Source: Blepharisma stoltei ATCC 30299 (taxonomy: Eukaryota > Protista > Ciliophora). Taken from it: a stretch of DNA of 64,000 bases. The stretch lies in assembly GCA_965603825.1 (NCBI GenBank), contig CBFDEM010000016.1, forward strand, positions 1 to 64,000, in the 5' to 3' direction. Position numbers and translations under genes: made by a program. Below are positions 27,150 to 39,050 of this stretch, in pieces (the stretch's first letter is position 1; every line of letters begins with the position of its first letter). Under the pieces are notes generated by a model. It had not been told where the DNA came from and searched no databases. It was given only the letters and a program-made list of their open reading frames with translations.

Positions 27150-28102
27150 TCCAAGGCCAAGAGTAGAGCTTCAAGGAAGAGAACTAGAATATTTTATAGC
27201 CAATTACCTCATAGATATGCAAGAAAATTTAAAAGCTTTTATATACAATCTTTTAAAAAGGAATTATTAATTATCTTAAACATTTGCAAATCCTTGAGAT
27301 AAAAGTCAAGTTTTCGTTTTGAATCTCTTCCGACTCAAAGCAACTTGATCTATTTGATTTCATTTATTATATATATCTTCCTTTATATTCAGAATTTTAA
27401 ATCGATAATCTTCCAACATTCTAATATCCACCGAAGGAGACGAATTTATTACTTTATCCAAATCTTCAATAAAATGTTCAAGTTCAAATCCTTCTGTTAG
27501 GTCTCTGTAAATCAATAATTGACTAGAGTATTTTTCATAGAAAACGTAGATTTCGTTGATGATACTAATAAATTTATGATGAATCACTGAAATAAAATTC
27601 ACATTTCAACTTATAGATTTCTGTCGAAGCTGCTCAATAGCCGGGAACGGGCTATAAATTGATAAACTCTAAGTAAAGCTCAGTAATCTCTTTATAGCAC
27701 CAAGAGTGCTGAATATAGTTAACTCGCTGCATTATATTATTTTAAAGTATAAATTCTTTGCTTTGCATTTTAAAATTAATGCAGAAAGTTTTTCCTCCAA
27801 TCTTAAAACTTGCTCATACCTGACTTCGAATTCAATTTTCTTAATGCTTCTTCTATCAGATTTTCTATATCGAAAGACTTTTTTGTAGATATTCTTAATC
27901 AATCCTGATCACAGATTCCAGTTTTGGAAGGTATCAATTTGCTACATATAGGTATTGATCCGTTCATAATATATAAAGTCAATGCGCCTTGACCAGTTTT
28001 ATTAATATTATTTAATCGTTTTTTGGGGATTGGACCACCCATCCAGATTATATGTAATATCTTTGTTAGCGATTGAATTTTTGATTCCTCAGAGTTTGCC
28101 AT
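27150..28102 (-). pseudogene. Fragmented ORFs starting with a glycosyltransferase-like KILHIIWMGGPIP motif (3' limit approximate)
   Basis: The motif resembles the H-x-x-W-x-G-G start of TcdA/TcdB-type (GT44) and GT32 enzymes. Downstream is broken by TAA and frameshifts, and I found no DxD. Confidence 0.35.
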
Positions 28103-28599
28103 ATAAATAAATAATTATTTTCGGATAAAAGCCCCTGTTATGTATTATTTCATTTTCATATTTATCTGCTATTTCAATAGTGAATTTTAAAAAGTAAGAA
28201 TATTTCGATTTGATTATAAATAAAATGGATTTCAGAAGCGAAATAATAAACGCTATTAGATGACATAAAACTTGCATATTGAATTTAGATTGTTGGAAGC
28301 TAAGTTTAGAAGACATAAAAGTTGTTGTAGATGTGCTTAACAATGTCATCCTGAAATTTTATACTTTCCTTAGAAAATAAGGTGCCTCCTTCTTTTTTAT
28401 TAATAGTAATTACTTTACCCCCCCTGTAAACAAAAATTGTTTCTCTATCGGGGCTTAATTCTTTTTTAAATAAAGCTTTTTCAGTGGAGATGAAAAAGTG
28501 CTCAAAAAGAGAGCTTAGGCCAAACATATAGAGAACTATATTAGGATCTCAGTTTCAGGAAATGATGGAGAAACCCATTAGCTCTGTATCCTACATTTT

Positions 28600-28975
28600 A
28601 CCACAACACTGATCTAAACCTTCAGTTGCGACTTTATGTTTTCAAAAATTCTTGAGGATCTTTGCTTATAATGAAAAGTCTTTCACTATCGATTACTTTT
28701 AATTGTAAATTCTTTAAATTTCTTAATACATTCGTGAACTTTTAATAATTCCTCCCTATAAAAACAAATATTAATCCTATGAAAAGTAAGTTTCTCTGCA
28801 AAATCCTAAGCTGATTCCATTAGTTGACACAGTTACTATCCAACAGCTTTTTAGGCTATACTGAGAAAATTCTGTTTTTGACATCAGTCCCTTGAAAGAT
28901 TAATGAGCAAATAGATATCCCTTAATAAGTTTCAATATTCCTAACACAAAAAGAGCATATTTTACATATTTCATA
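28600..28975 (-). pseudogene. Decayed copy of the 5' third of the SDR gene
   Basis: Nucleotide blocks shared with 26480-26808 (gcaaatagatatccc, aagtttctctgcaaa, ataatgaaaagtcttt), with stops and indels. Confidence 0.85.
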
Positions 28976-29207
28976 ATTTTATTATTTCGCTTAACTTGAA
29001 AATAATTTTGTCGACTCAAAATAATTTCATTTGTAGTTTCAGCAAAATCAAAATTTTCAATATTTTTGGCAAAATTTTCGCAATAAAACTTATTTCTATG
29101 AGCATATTTGCTTTAATCTCTTCAGAAAATCGGAATTTGACTAATTTTCATAGAATTTTATTAATTTGTTAACAATAGGATTTTTTGAACTACTTATTTA
29201 GCTTATC

Positions 29208-30275
29208 TTAAGAATAAAGTAAAAGAAGGGCTGAGACCACGATAAATTCAGCTGCTTCATAAGAATCCACATCGAAGTCAGGGTCATAAACTCCTATATC
29301 AGATGCGCAGTCATCAATAACTCCTGAGCTGTAAAGAGCCCAGTCTTGCCATGCTCCCTGGACATTGTTCCAGTACAATAATTGGTCATTCCAAATTGAT
29401 TCACAGTCATAAAGAACATTAGGGTCTTGAGAATGTGCCTTGCTTCCTGAGCATTCAGTCGTATAATACTGGAATTTAGGATAAAAATTCTCATAAGTTC
29501 CTTCCAAAGGATAGCGGACAGGGCAATATCCTACAGTCGCATCAGCTCCTCCTCCGCATTGGCAAGCCAAAGTATGTGTTGCTGAAGATGTATAGGACTT
29601 ATAAATGCAGCTCTGTGAGGAAACGACACATTGGTAAGGACTTGCAAGGGGGTTAGATCCGTCTACAGAGACAGTGTAGTTATCGCAGTTGTAGTAAGCG
29701 TCAATAGTGTTGGTTTCACAGTAATAAGCAGCACTGACCTTGGTGCTAATCGCTTGGCTCCAATATTGGGTGCATAATCCCAAGCTGCAGCCATAGCCAG
29801 GCTCACATTGATTCGAAGTGGAGCATTGTTTGCCTTCTGAGACAGTAGAAACACAGGTCTTTCCAGATCCACAGTAGTGGAAGCCATCACAGTGCTCGTC
29901 GACGGTGCAGGCATCTCCTTCAGCAACTGGCTTGCAACGATTGTTTACGCCGCAATCACCGCTAAAACAGTCAGCATCGACACAGCATTTGCCCCAGGTC
30001 ACAAGAGTGCCGTCTCCTACACAGTTATCGGTGGAGGTAGAAGTGGTCGCAACGCACAAAGAGTCAGTCCAGGCATTGTTGTCCCCAAATTGAGCCGTGT
30101 TTGCACAATGTTCGCCCGAGGAGCAATCGTTTACAGTTACTGTGCTCGTCGTGGTCGTGACACAGTTTCCACCAGATGCTGCAGTCGAGCCACAGGAGAC
30201 CGTCCTACAACTTGATGTGTCAAGACCTAGAGCAACCCCAAAGAGTGTGAGGATAAGAAATCCTAATTTGGCCAT
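29208..30275 (-). CDS. 355-aa Cys-rich surface protein with signal peptide and probable GPI signal
   Basis: Repeated C-x4/5-C-x4/5-C modules (Dickkopf-N/EGF-like spacing), hydrophobic termini, higher GC, no TGA. Confidence 0.9.
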   Translation of the reverse strand: MAKLGFLILTLFGVALGLDTSSCRTVSCGSTAASGGNCVTTTTSTVTVNDCSSGEHCANTAQFGDNNAWTDSLCVATTSTSTDNCVGDGTLVTWGKCCVDADCFSGDCGVNNRCKPVAEGDACTVDEHCDGFHYCGSGKTCVSTVSEGKQCSTSNQCEPGYGCSLGLCTQYWSQAISTKVSAAYYCETNTIDAYYNCDNYTVSVDGSNPLASPYQCVVSSQSCIYKSYTSSATHTLACQCGGGADATVGYCPVRYPLEGTYENFYPKFQYYTTECSGSKAHSQDPNVLYDCESIWNDQLLYWNNVQGAWQDWALYSSGVIDDCASDIGVYDPDFDVDSYEAAEFIVVSALLLLYS

Positions 30276-30897
30276 TTGAAAATTATTGGCCTTATTTTCT
30301 TGTAAGAGATAAAGTAGAAGAAAGATAAGGAATTTAAAGTTGGCTGATGAGGGTTTGAGGTATTTTGAGGAAAGGAATAGGATTTTCAGGCAAAAAGGCT
30401 GGGAAAGAGAAGGAAGGGAAATTACGTTAAAAAATGATGCGCGGTCTGGAGGAAATTGTGAGCTACAAATTGGCTAGCTTTTGGGTTTCAATAGAAATTA
30501 TGGAAATATTGATACAAAGTGATGGAATTTTTGTAATACTGGGTAAACAGATTGCTGAAAAGTAGCCACTGAAGGCCACCCAATCCTGAATTAAATATGA
30601 AATTTTTTCGCTGAAGCATTTAATATTTTTGCTTCAAGCTCAGTTCTTATTCTATTGGCATTTTATAATAATTCCTATAAATACCCCTACAAATCTATTC
30701 AGTATTATTTGCAGAGGCAGGATTGCTTTAATCTTTTTAAAATAAATCTAGAAAGTAAAATGGATAAGTCATCAGTTAAACATGAATTTTAAAATTAATA
30801 GGCATAAAATAAGTTTTAATTATTATTTAATAAATTTTATTTCAAATTTTTGGATTTTTGAGTAGAAAATGATTATTTGAAATAATTTTTAACTAAT

Positions 30898-31962
30898 CTA
30901 ATTTAAATAAAGGATAATTGCGCTTACAACAAAATATCCAGCGGATTCATAAGCATCCATATCATAAGCAGGGTCGAAAAGGTCCAGATCTAAAGCACAA
31001 CTGTCGATAACTCCTGAGTGGTAAAGAGGCCAATAAGTGTAAAATGCTTGGACCCAGGTGTAAAAGTTCTTTTGGTCCCTCCAAATAGACTGACAGCTGT
31101 ACAGAGTTGAAATATCTGTGCTGTGCGCTTTTGCTCCTGAACATACTGAAGTATAATATTGCATCCTTGGGTACAATGCGTCGTCCCAGCCTAAGTTTGG
31201 ATAGCTAGCACTGCAAAATCCACTTTTGGCATCTGCTCCTCCACATTGGCAAGCTGCTGTCTCCAAAGTGTCACCAGTTGTGATTGATTTCCACGAGCAA
31301 GTGTCTGGCACAGTGCATGGAAAATTATCAATAGTCTCTCCTGTAGAAGTCCAAACAGTTATAGCGTCGCATTTATTGTATTTATCTCTATAATTTGTCT
31401 TGCAAAACTTGTCATCGCTCGCAAGGGTTCCTATATCTAAACTCCAATACTGGGTGCAGTATCCATAGCTGCAGCCAAACCCTGGGTTGCACATATTATC
31501 ATAGCTGCATACAGAATTTTCTGATAATGTGGGTGTGCAAACCCCAGACCCGCAGTAATGAAAAGCGTCACAGTGTTCGTCAGCTGTGCAAGTTCCACCT
31601 TCTAGGACTGGGTCACACCGGTCGTCACTTGTGCAGTTGTGGCTGTAGCAGTCTTTGTCTCTGCAGCAACGATCCCAGGTTACAAGGGTGTGCTTGCCTG
31701 GACATTCTTTTTCGGTAGCGTTTACTATAGGTGTTGTTTGGCAGACTGCATTGGCCCACCCGCTCCTGTCTTCAAATTGGGCTGTATTGCTGCAATAGTC
31801 GCTTGATGGGCATGGGCTGACAGTTATGTCAGTTGATGAGGCTGTGACACAATTTCCGCCAGTAGAAGCTTCGCTACCACAAGAAATTAACCTACAACTT
31901 GATGTGTCTAGAGCAATAGCAAAACCTAAGAAGGAAAGTATGAGAAATCCAAATTTTGCCAT
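30898..31962 (-). CDS. 354-aa Cys-rich surface protein, tandem paralogue
   Basis: Colinear with 29208..30275 (LDTSSCR, CTQYWS, ACQCGGADA, SGVIDxCA). Confidence 0.9.
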   Translation of the reverse strand: MAKFGFLILSFLGFAIALDTSSCRLISCGSEASTGGNCVTASSTDITVSPCPSSDYCSNTAQFEDRSGWANAVCQTTPIVNATEKECPGKHTLVTWDRCCRDKDCYSHNCTSDDRCDPVLEGGTCTADEHCDAFHYCGSGVCTPTLSENSVCSYDNMCNPGFGCSYGYCTQYWSLDIGTLASDDKFCKTNYRDKYNKCDAITVWTSTGETIDNFPCTVPDTCSWKSITTGDTLETAACQCGGADAKSGFCSASYPNLGWDDALYPRMQYYTSVCSGAKAHSTDISTLYSCQSIWRDQKNFYTWVQAFYTYWPLYHSGVIDSCALDLDLFDPAYDMDAYESAGYFVVSAIILYLN

Positions 31963-32854
31963 TTGAAAATTATTGGCCTTATTTCATTTAAGTCATAAGG
32001 AGTAAGGGATTGGAATTGGATATTTAAAAGATAGATGGATAGTGGAGGAAATTATTTAAATGGAAAAATAAAGGTGAGTGATTAATAAAAGTGCGCCTTT
32101 TTAAAAAGAATTTTAAACAAGAGCAGTTTATGGTTTGTTTTAGAAAATACTTATTAATGATCAAATATTATTTTAGCTATGAATCATGAAGCATTTTGAA
32201 GCTGCTCAAAAATCATTTTAGATTTATAATTTTCTTTTGCTCTAAATGTTTTAGAATTTCCTTATTTCCATTAAAAATTCAAATTTAAAATGATATGCAG
32301 TTCAACCAAAGAAATACCTTCAGATATATTCTTTGAGATAAATTGGCTAGCAAATTAATCTATACAAAAAAATATCGGCTAAATCCTAAAATTTTAAATA
32401 AGTCTAAAGTATCAGTATTTTCTCATTAAGTTTTAATTAATAAGCTTAACCTAAAAGCTATAGAATAATTTAAATCATCAGACGAAAATTCAAAGTCAAT
32501 CTCTTATTCATTGCCTTTTCCATTATCTAGAATAGAAACTTTCCATATAAATATGCTATATAATTTAAATAAAATGTATCATTTCTTCAATTTGGATCAA
32601 GCTTGGAAGAAAATTCCTCTTCAGATTATCTTTAACTTAGGCAGACAAACTAATTGAAAGATGGCATATTTAGCTAAATCCACCTTATTCACTTCTTTCA
32701 TTGACTCGACAAGAGAGTGGTGGACTGGAATACTTTTCATTAAGCAAACCCAGTATCAGGAAGAAGCTATAGTCTATAATTAGACACTCACAATAATCAT
32801 CACTGTATCCTCCTGAGTTTTTATTCGAAGATATATTACATTTATATTAATTAT

Positions 32855-34222
32855 CTATTATAAAACCTTCATTTTCCTCCTTTATTTCAATCAGTCCATG
32901 CAAAATCTTATTTAATTTCTGATTATTTTTTCCTATTAAGACTTCAGCAGCTTTTAGAATTTCTAAGTAAAACTGAATTTTTACTATTTCAACTGAAATA
33001 TTGAATTTGAATAAGCATAAAAGTGCTTGAAAAATGGTATCACAAATAGTAGAGTTTATGAATAATTTGTAAAACTAAATCTAGGCCCATTATTTATAAT
33101 TCACTTAGCTTGATCAGAGCCACAAACTGTTGAAAGATTGCAAAATACTCAGATGGCTTCATTTATGATGTTTTATTCATCTTTTTTTAATTTATATCTG
33201 AATTTTTCAAAAAAATTTAAATTTATTAAGTAGCTAAAATATACATTGCTATCTCTAACTATATTTGATAGCACTCAGTATGCATTTTTTCTTATTATTT
33301 CAAATTTGCTGTCCATAAATTCAATTATTTTTATCAATAATCGCGTATTTATTACAAAATCTGGCTTACACTTTCCGTTATATAGTTTCCGATGTTTTGC
33401 AATGCAAATAAGCTAATTTCCGCCTTTGGGTTGTCTAGCGAAAATACCATTCTATCTAAAAGTTCAGTATCAAAATAAAGCTTCATATTAGAGATGCCTA
33501 TCGTTGCCCTAGAATGCTAGTCTAATGCTTCTACTAAAATATCATCATCAAGTGTATTTATTATTATTTTTCTTAAAAAGGAATAAATGCTTTGGCTTTG
33601 TTAAAATCAAGATTTGTTTTTTCAAAGGTTAAACATTTTATACACCTTGTAATAGTTTTTAAATTTTCTATTGAAAATTGATTTTTATATGTGAGTTAAT
33701 TCTTTGGAAATCTAATTTCTGTAATATAAAATCTCTATAAGAAATATCAGCTAAAGAAATATTTCCGATTGCCCACATTATATGTTCAAAAGTTCTTATC
33801 GAGCAGCTTTTCTGTAATAAGTTGTTGAAAAAGTCTAGTAGTTTAAGGAAATGAGATATTCATTGCAGGCTTTATCGCCCTCTGAGATATTTATTAAAAT
33901 TCATGAAATCTCAAATGCAAGAGGCTCATCAGAGCTTGGAATTAATTGAATAAGTAATGGCAAGACAATAGATCGAATAATTTTTTGAATAGAAACTTCT
34001 GTTGGCTAGACTGCGCATTATGAAAGCTCCAGCTAGCTGCTGATTACTTATGCTAGAGCTTATTAATTGTTTAGCGTGTTTTAAAACGTCATCTTCCGAG
34101 AGATTTGCGTTTTCTGGTTCAGTTTCTTTCAGATTGTCTTGATAATCTTGAACTGTTTGAACATTCAATATAGAAAATAATTCAGTGACACCTTCTATTT
34201 GTGGATTTTTATAAGTCTCCAT
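32855..34222 (-). pseudogene. Importin-alpha-like ARM-repeat pseudogene
   Basis: Homologous to 34418..35842 (TELFS, WAIGNIS, YWVLSNIV, AIWVFCNLSTV) but with TAA/TAG and frameshifts. Confidence 0.8.
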
Positions 34223-34417
34223 AAGGTTTTAAGTATTAAATCTAAAACTTTATCCATAAGTTAAATTTATCTAATAAAGATTGCGCACAATTTAATAGAA
34301 TTAGGAGCTTTTTTTGCATTTAAATTGAGATTTATATTTATTAAGGTATTAAGAAAGATATTTATCATAATAATCTGTTAGAGATTAATTTGCAATAAAT
34401 AAAAATAATTATGATTG

Positions 34418-35842
34418 CTAAGTCATAGAAATATCGTTACTGATATCTATATCCCTCAGTCTTTGTAAAATACTTTCAAGTATTTTATTATTTCCTATTT
34501 GAATTTTGGCATTTTCTAGTATTTCAGAATATTTTAAAATTTCTTTTGTATCCATTTGCTGAACAAATTTAAAATAATTTAAAACCCCCTCAAAGATTAC
34601 ATTGACATTAACAGAACCTATGAGCAGCTTTCTCAAAATTATTTCTAAAATCCCATTCTCAATAATTCATTTAGCTTGTTCAAAATTGCAAACAGTAGAA
34701 AAATTACAAACAACCCAAATAGCTTCTTTTATCACTTCATCACTGTCAAATTCGAATGTGTTTTTAAATTTTTCAAAAAACAATGAACTTATTAACTGGC
34801 TGAAACAAGAATTGCCAACTAAAACTAGATTCGACAGTACTCAATATGCCTCTCTTTTTGCAGCTTTATTATCAGAATCTATAAACTGAATTAGCTTTGG
34901 GAATAAACCTGAAGTCAATATAAAATTTCTGTCAATTTTTTCACCTGTTGAGTAATTTCCAATTGTTCTTAAAGAAAATAAAGTTATTTTGGTGTTGCTA
35001 TGATCTAAAAGAGAAAGAATTTCGTATAAAAATTGACTGTTAAAGCAATTTTCAAAGTCGAAAATTTTATCAGTTATAACAGCATAAGAATTCATTGCAT
35101 CAGCCAAAGTTTCTTCATCTCGAGGATGCTTTATTATGATTTTCTGCAAAAATGGAAGAAATAAGCTGATTTTATTAGAATCTGGGAGCGGCTTAGTTGC
35201 AATTAAATTATATATGCACCATGCAATCGTTTTGATATTTCTTTCTGAGAAATCGTTTTCAAAAGTATTCAGGAAATAAATGATTTTTTGAATATTAATT
35301 TGATAAAGTATTTCATCTCTATAAGCAGGTCCTTCCCCAGCAATATTTCCAACTGCTCACATCATCTGTTCAAAAATCCTTATTGAGCTGCTTTTTTCCA
35401 AAAAAAAGTTGAATAATTCCAACGATCTTTGAGAAAATAAATAATCCACGCAGTTTTTATCACCAGCAGTGAAATTAGAGATAATTCATAAAACCTCACA
35501 TGAAAATTGTTCATCAGAGAATGGGATTAGTTGGATAAGGGTAGGAAGAATATTAGCTTGAATGACTTTTTGAAAAGGAACCCCAGTTTCTTTGGAGAGA
35601 AGACGACGAATTATGACAGCTCCAGTCATTTGTTGAGTGCTTATGCTAGAATTTATTAAAGTTGCAGCGTATTTGATAGAGTCATCTTCAGTGAGATTTG
35701 CCCTTTGTAATTCTGTTTGTATCAAAGAATCAGGATAAAGCTGAAATTTTTTCACACTTAAAGTAGAAAATAGCTCAGTTACGCTTTCGACTGTATTTAG
35801 ACTTTCTGGGATTTCAATTAATTTTTCAAGGTCTTGAATCAT
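34418..35842 (-). CDS. 474-aa importin-alpha-like ARM-repeat protein lacking an obvious IBB domain
   Basis: Single frame with TGA=Trp. WIISNFT, WAVGNIAGEGPAYRD, WCIYNL, LRTIGNYSTG, REAYWVLSNL, KEAIWVVCNF are importin-alpha WxxxN motifs. Confidence 0.88.
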
Positions 35843-36009
35843 AAATTTAATATATATAAGAAATGTTCAGAATCATGCCTATCAAAACTTAAAAATTTAA
35901 GTAGAATGTTAGCAGGATGGTAATGAAGCAGTAATGAATTTTTAGCCTAATAATTAGATTTGTTATTCTTTGTTATAACGTACTCTAGCAATTGAATCTG
36001 GTTTAAATT

Positions 36010-36220
36010 AGAGATGCCTATTACAACTTCAGAGGTGTTAGCCTCCTTATTCACCCGAATCGTGAGGCTAGAGACCATCTTGACTGACTACTAAAGCTTT
36101 CATACCAAGCTTCATTTGACAGACGCCGGTAGACTTGAGCAGGCTATTACTTAACTCTTATATGTATTCCTCATAGGGTTCTATATATCGGTGGACAATC
36201 GGTTTAATACTGTCTTCTAA
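36010..36220 (+). mobile_element. Possible highly decayed non-LTR reverse transcriptase fragment
   Basis: GC-richer patch reading YNFRGVSLL, then in a second frame LFTRIVRLETILTDY*SF...LLYVFLIGF..VDNRFNTV, loosely matching NYRGISLL / RL..Q.GF / FID..KAFD.V. Confidence 0.3.
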
Positions 36221-36522
36221 AACACCAAGGAGAGTTACCCTTCCTAGTGTTCCCGGCCTGGTATAGCTGATTAGTGGTGCATTGAAAAACAATGATAAAA
36301 CTCTAGAGGACGTAAAAGTTTTCAGAAAAAGCATATTCCGATACCATTATTTATTATTATAAGCAGTTGAATAAGATTATAGAAACTCTTATCTAAAATT
36401 TAGACTTATATTTATTTTAGACTGGATAAATTTTATACATTAATTCTTTAGGTATTTATAACTCGAGTTCCTTGCTAGTTTGTCCTTGATACTGTGCATA
36501 GCACTGTACATATTACAGAAGA

Positions 36523-36652
36523 GATAATAGCAAAGTTTACTTAATTGATTTCTGGAAAGCATGCTGCGGACCTTGCGAAGAGCGTATGTAGCATCCTAAA
36601 GATATGCTTGCAAGCCATTCAGAAGTAGTGTGCAGATTTATTATCTTAAGCT
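36523..36652 (+). pseudogene. Fragment of the second thioredoxin domain of the Trx-ZZ family
   Basis: DNSKVYLIDFWKACCGPCEERM*HPKDMLASHSE aligns with DDGNVYLIDFWATWCGPCQKPMQHNQDMLASHPE of the 40212 gene. Confidence 0.85.
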
Positions 36653-36850
36653 ACAATTGATGCGCTCTGCTTACCCAATCATAAAGTGTAAAACTTTTAA
36701 TCGAATAGAGTCATCTTGTCATAATTCTATTTTTAGAGCAATAATGAAAGGCTATCAAGTCTTAGATTCTTTATAATCTGAACTGATAAAAACGGCCGAA
36801 ATTATTAGAAATTTTGTGGACTTTTTTTAAACTTTGATCAATAACATTAA

Positions 36851-38770
36851 ATGTTTGGCGACCTACTAGAATTTGGCTCTTCCGTCTTAAAAAAAGCTTC
36901 AAATTCAGGCATCTTAAACCCAACTTTCTATTCCACAAAGCATTACCACTTTTCTGGAAAGGAGGTTTCGGACAATGTATCCCTTTCATTCAGTGGAAAA
37001 GGGAACTATTTTCAAATTTCTCAGCTCGAGTCGCAGCTCTCTGAAGAACAAAAGAAAGTAGAACTTAATATTGATGTGGCACATAAAGCTGGAGACCCAT
37101 TTCCTCCAATTCCAGTCTTCAAACTTTCCGACGGCGAAGAAGTTATATTGACTTCTAATGATAGCAAATTTTATCTATATATGTTTTGAATGTCCTGGAG
37201 CCCATCAAGCCAGGAGCCTATGAAGTATAACCAAGCAATAATGGAAAGAAACCCTGACTGAGAAGGACGCGTTGAAGTTATTGCAATTTCTATTGATGAT
37301 ACCAGAGCTGAGGCAGAAAGGAAGATGAAAGATGAAGGATGGGATAAAATTTCTTCATACTGGGCAGGCAGTGACTCATATTATACAAAAGCGCCAAAAA
37401 GCTTAAAAGTTGATGAAATACCTACCTATGTTTTAGCGCATCAAGGAAAAATCTTGTGGAGAGGAGCTCCTGGGAAGGTAGATTTAGAACAAGTCATAAA
37501 TGAAGGACTTTCAGGGAGTCATTTATCATTACCGCCACTTCCGCTAAAACCTGGAGACGTTTGCCCTGCATTTAGCGCTGTAGATGCAAATACAGAAGAA
37601 GATGTAGATTTTTCATTGGCAGATGATAACGGCAAAATTTATTTAATAAATTTCTGGGCTATTTGGAGTGAAAATAGTGTAAAATGTATGCAAAATTGCC
37701 AAGAAATTCTTGCTACTCATCAGGAATGGGCAGATAAATTCTTTGTTTTAGGAATTTCAATAGACTCATACAGAGAAGAAATTGTTGGGAATTTCCAAGA
37801 TAAAGGGTGAAATTTAATTAAAAACTTGTGGGCAGGATCAGAGACATGGTATGGGCCAGCACCAAAAGCTCTTGTGCTTGAAAACATGCCTTATAGTGTG
37901 CTAGTTCAAAATGGTAAAATTGTTTTCTCAGGTGATCCAAGTGGGAGAAAGCTCGGTTTAGACTTAGAAGCTATATTAAAAGGGGAGCCACTACCGAAAA
38001 AATATCCAAATGAAGCTTATCTAATGAGTAAAGATGAGCTAGATGGAAAATTTGAAGCATTGAAAAATGCATATGAAGAATTCGTATCAGACAATCCATA
38101 TACTCAACGTCCTGTCATTAATTTTGATGCCAAATTAACACTTAAAGTTGATTCTGAAGAAGAAGCACAAGAATCCTTTATTTGGGGAGAATATTCTCTT
38201 AGTGAAAAAGACGCAGTTTCTTCTCTTACTAGAAAAATAAAAGATGCTATTCCAGAAGCTGATATAAGGCTTAAGTTTGAACCTCCAGCAGCATTTTGTG
38301 AAAGGGGGTCTCAATGCAATCTATGCAATGCTCCACTAACCTTTAACGATACTCAATATGAATGCTTATATTGTGACCCAAAGCACTATCATTGTGATAA
38401 TTGCGAAAAAATAATCAAAGAAGGTGTAGTAGGCTCTGCGAAATTTGCGCATCCTCATTTTACGTTTGTTATTCATCCAGGTGCCCAAAAATTGGATAAT
38501 TTAAGATATGGAGCAAACCGCTATGACATGACTGAGTATTGTGAAGACAAAAATGGTGAGGGACACTGTTGCTCGTGTGACAACAGGAATGCAGGGCTTT
38601 GTGATGGAACTGTCATTGGAAATAGATATAAATGTGCCCACTGTCCAGATTTTGATTATTGCCAAAAATGCCAAGAAAGATATGAGACTCGTGATGAAAA
38701 GACAGTTGAATGGGCAGAAAGCCATGGACATTTGCCTTGGCATATCATGATCAAGCTGAGAATGCCTTAA
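36851..38770 (+). CDS. 639-aa double TlpA/thioredoxin-fold plus ZZ-type zinc-finger protein with SxxS in place of both CxxC sites
   Basis: Continuous frame through three TGA=Trp; colinear with 40212..42140. Sites read WMSWSPSS and WAIWSENS; RYKCAHCPDFDYCQKC is intact. Confidence 0.9.
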
Positions 38771-38894
38771 AAATAGGCTAAATAAGTCTTTCAAGTCTTT
38801 ATTTATTTCATTGTTTTATATTATCATTAATAATTAAGCGAAAGTTAGAAATTATCGCCCTCATAAGCAATTAATTCTAATTAATGATAAGATT

Positions 38895-39050
38895 TTAAAT
38901 TTTGCTCCAAAGCATTATTGCTTTTTAGGGAAAGATGCAAAATGGAGTGTATTGTTTGCTTAAATGGATAACAAACTCGTTGAAAGTATCTCAGTTCGAA
39001 TTGCAGCTTTCTGAAGAAGAAAGAGCATTCTTCTTGATATTGATATCATT
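38895..39050 (+). pseudogene. N-terminal fragment of the Trx-ZZ family
   Basis: ctccaaagcattattgctttttagggaaagatg and tctcagttcgaattgcagctttctgaagaagaaagagc match 40290-40430. Confidence 0.75.

Noticed and set aside
32590-32660. DQAWKKIPLQIIFNL, reminiscent of a Tc1 transposase C-terminus
   Set aside because: One short motif with no DDE core or TIR nearby.
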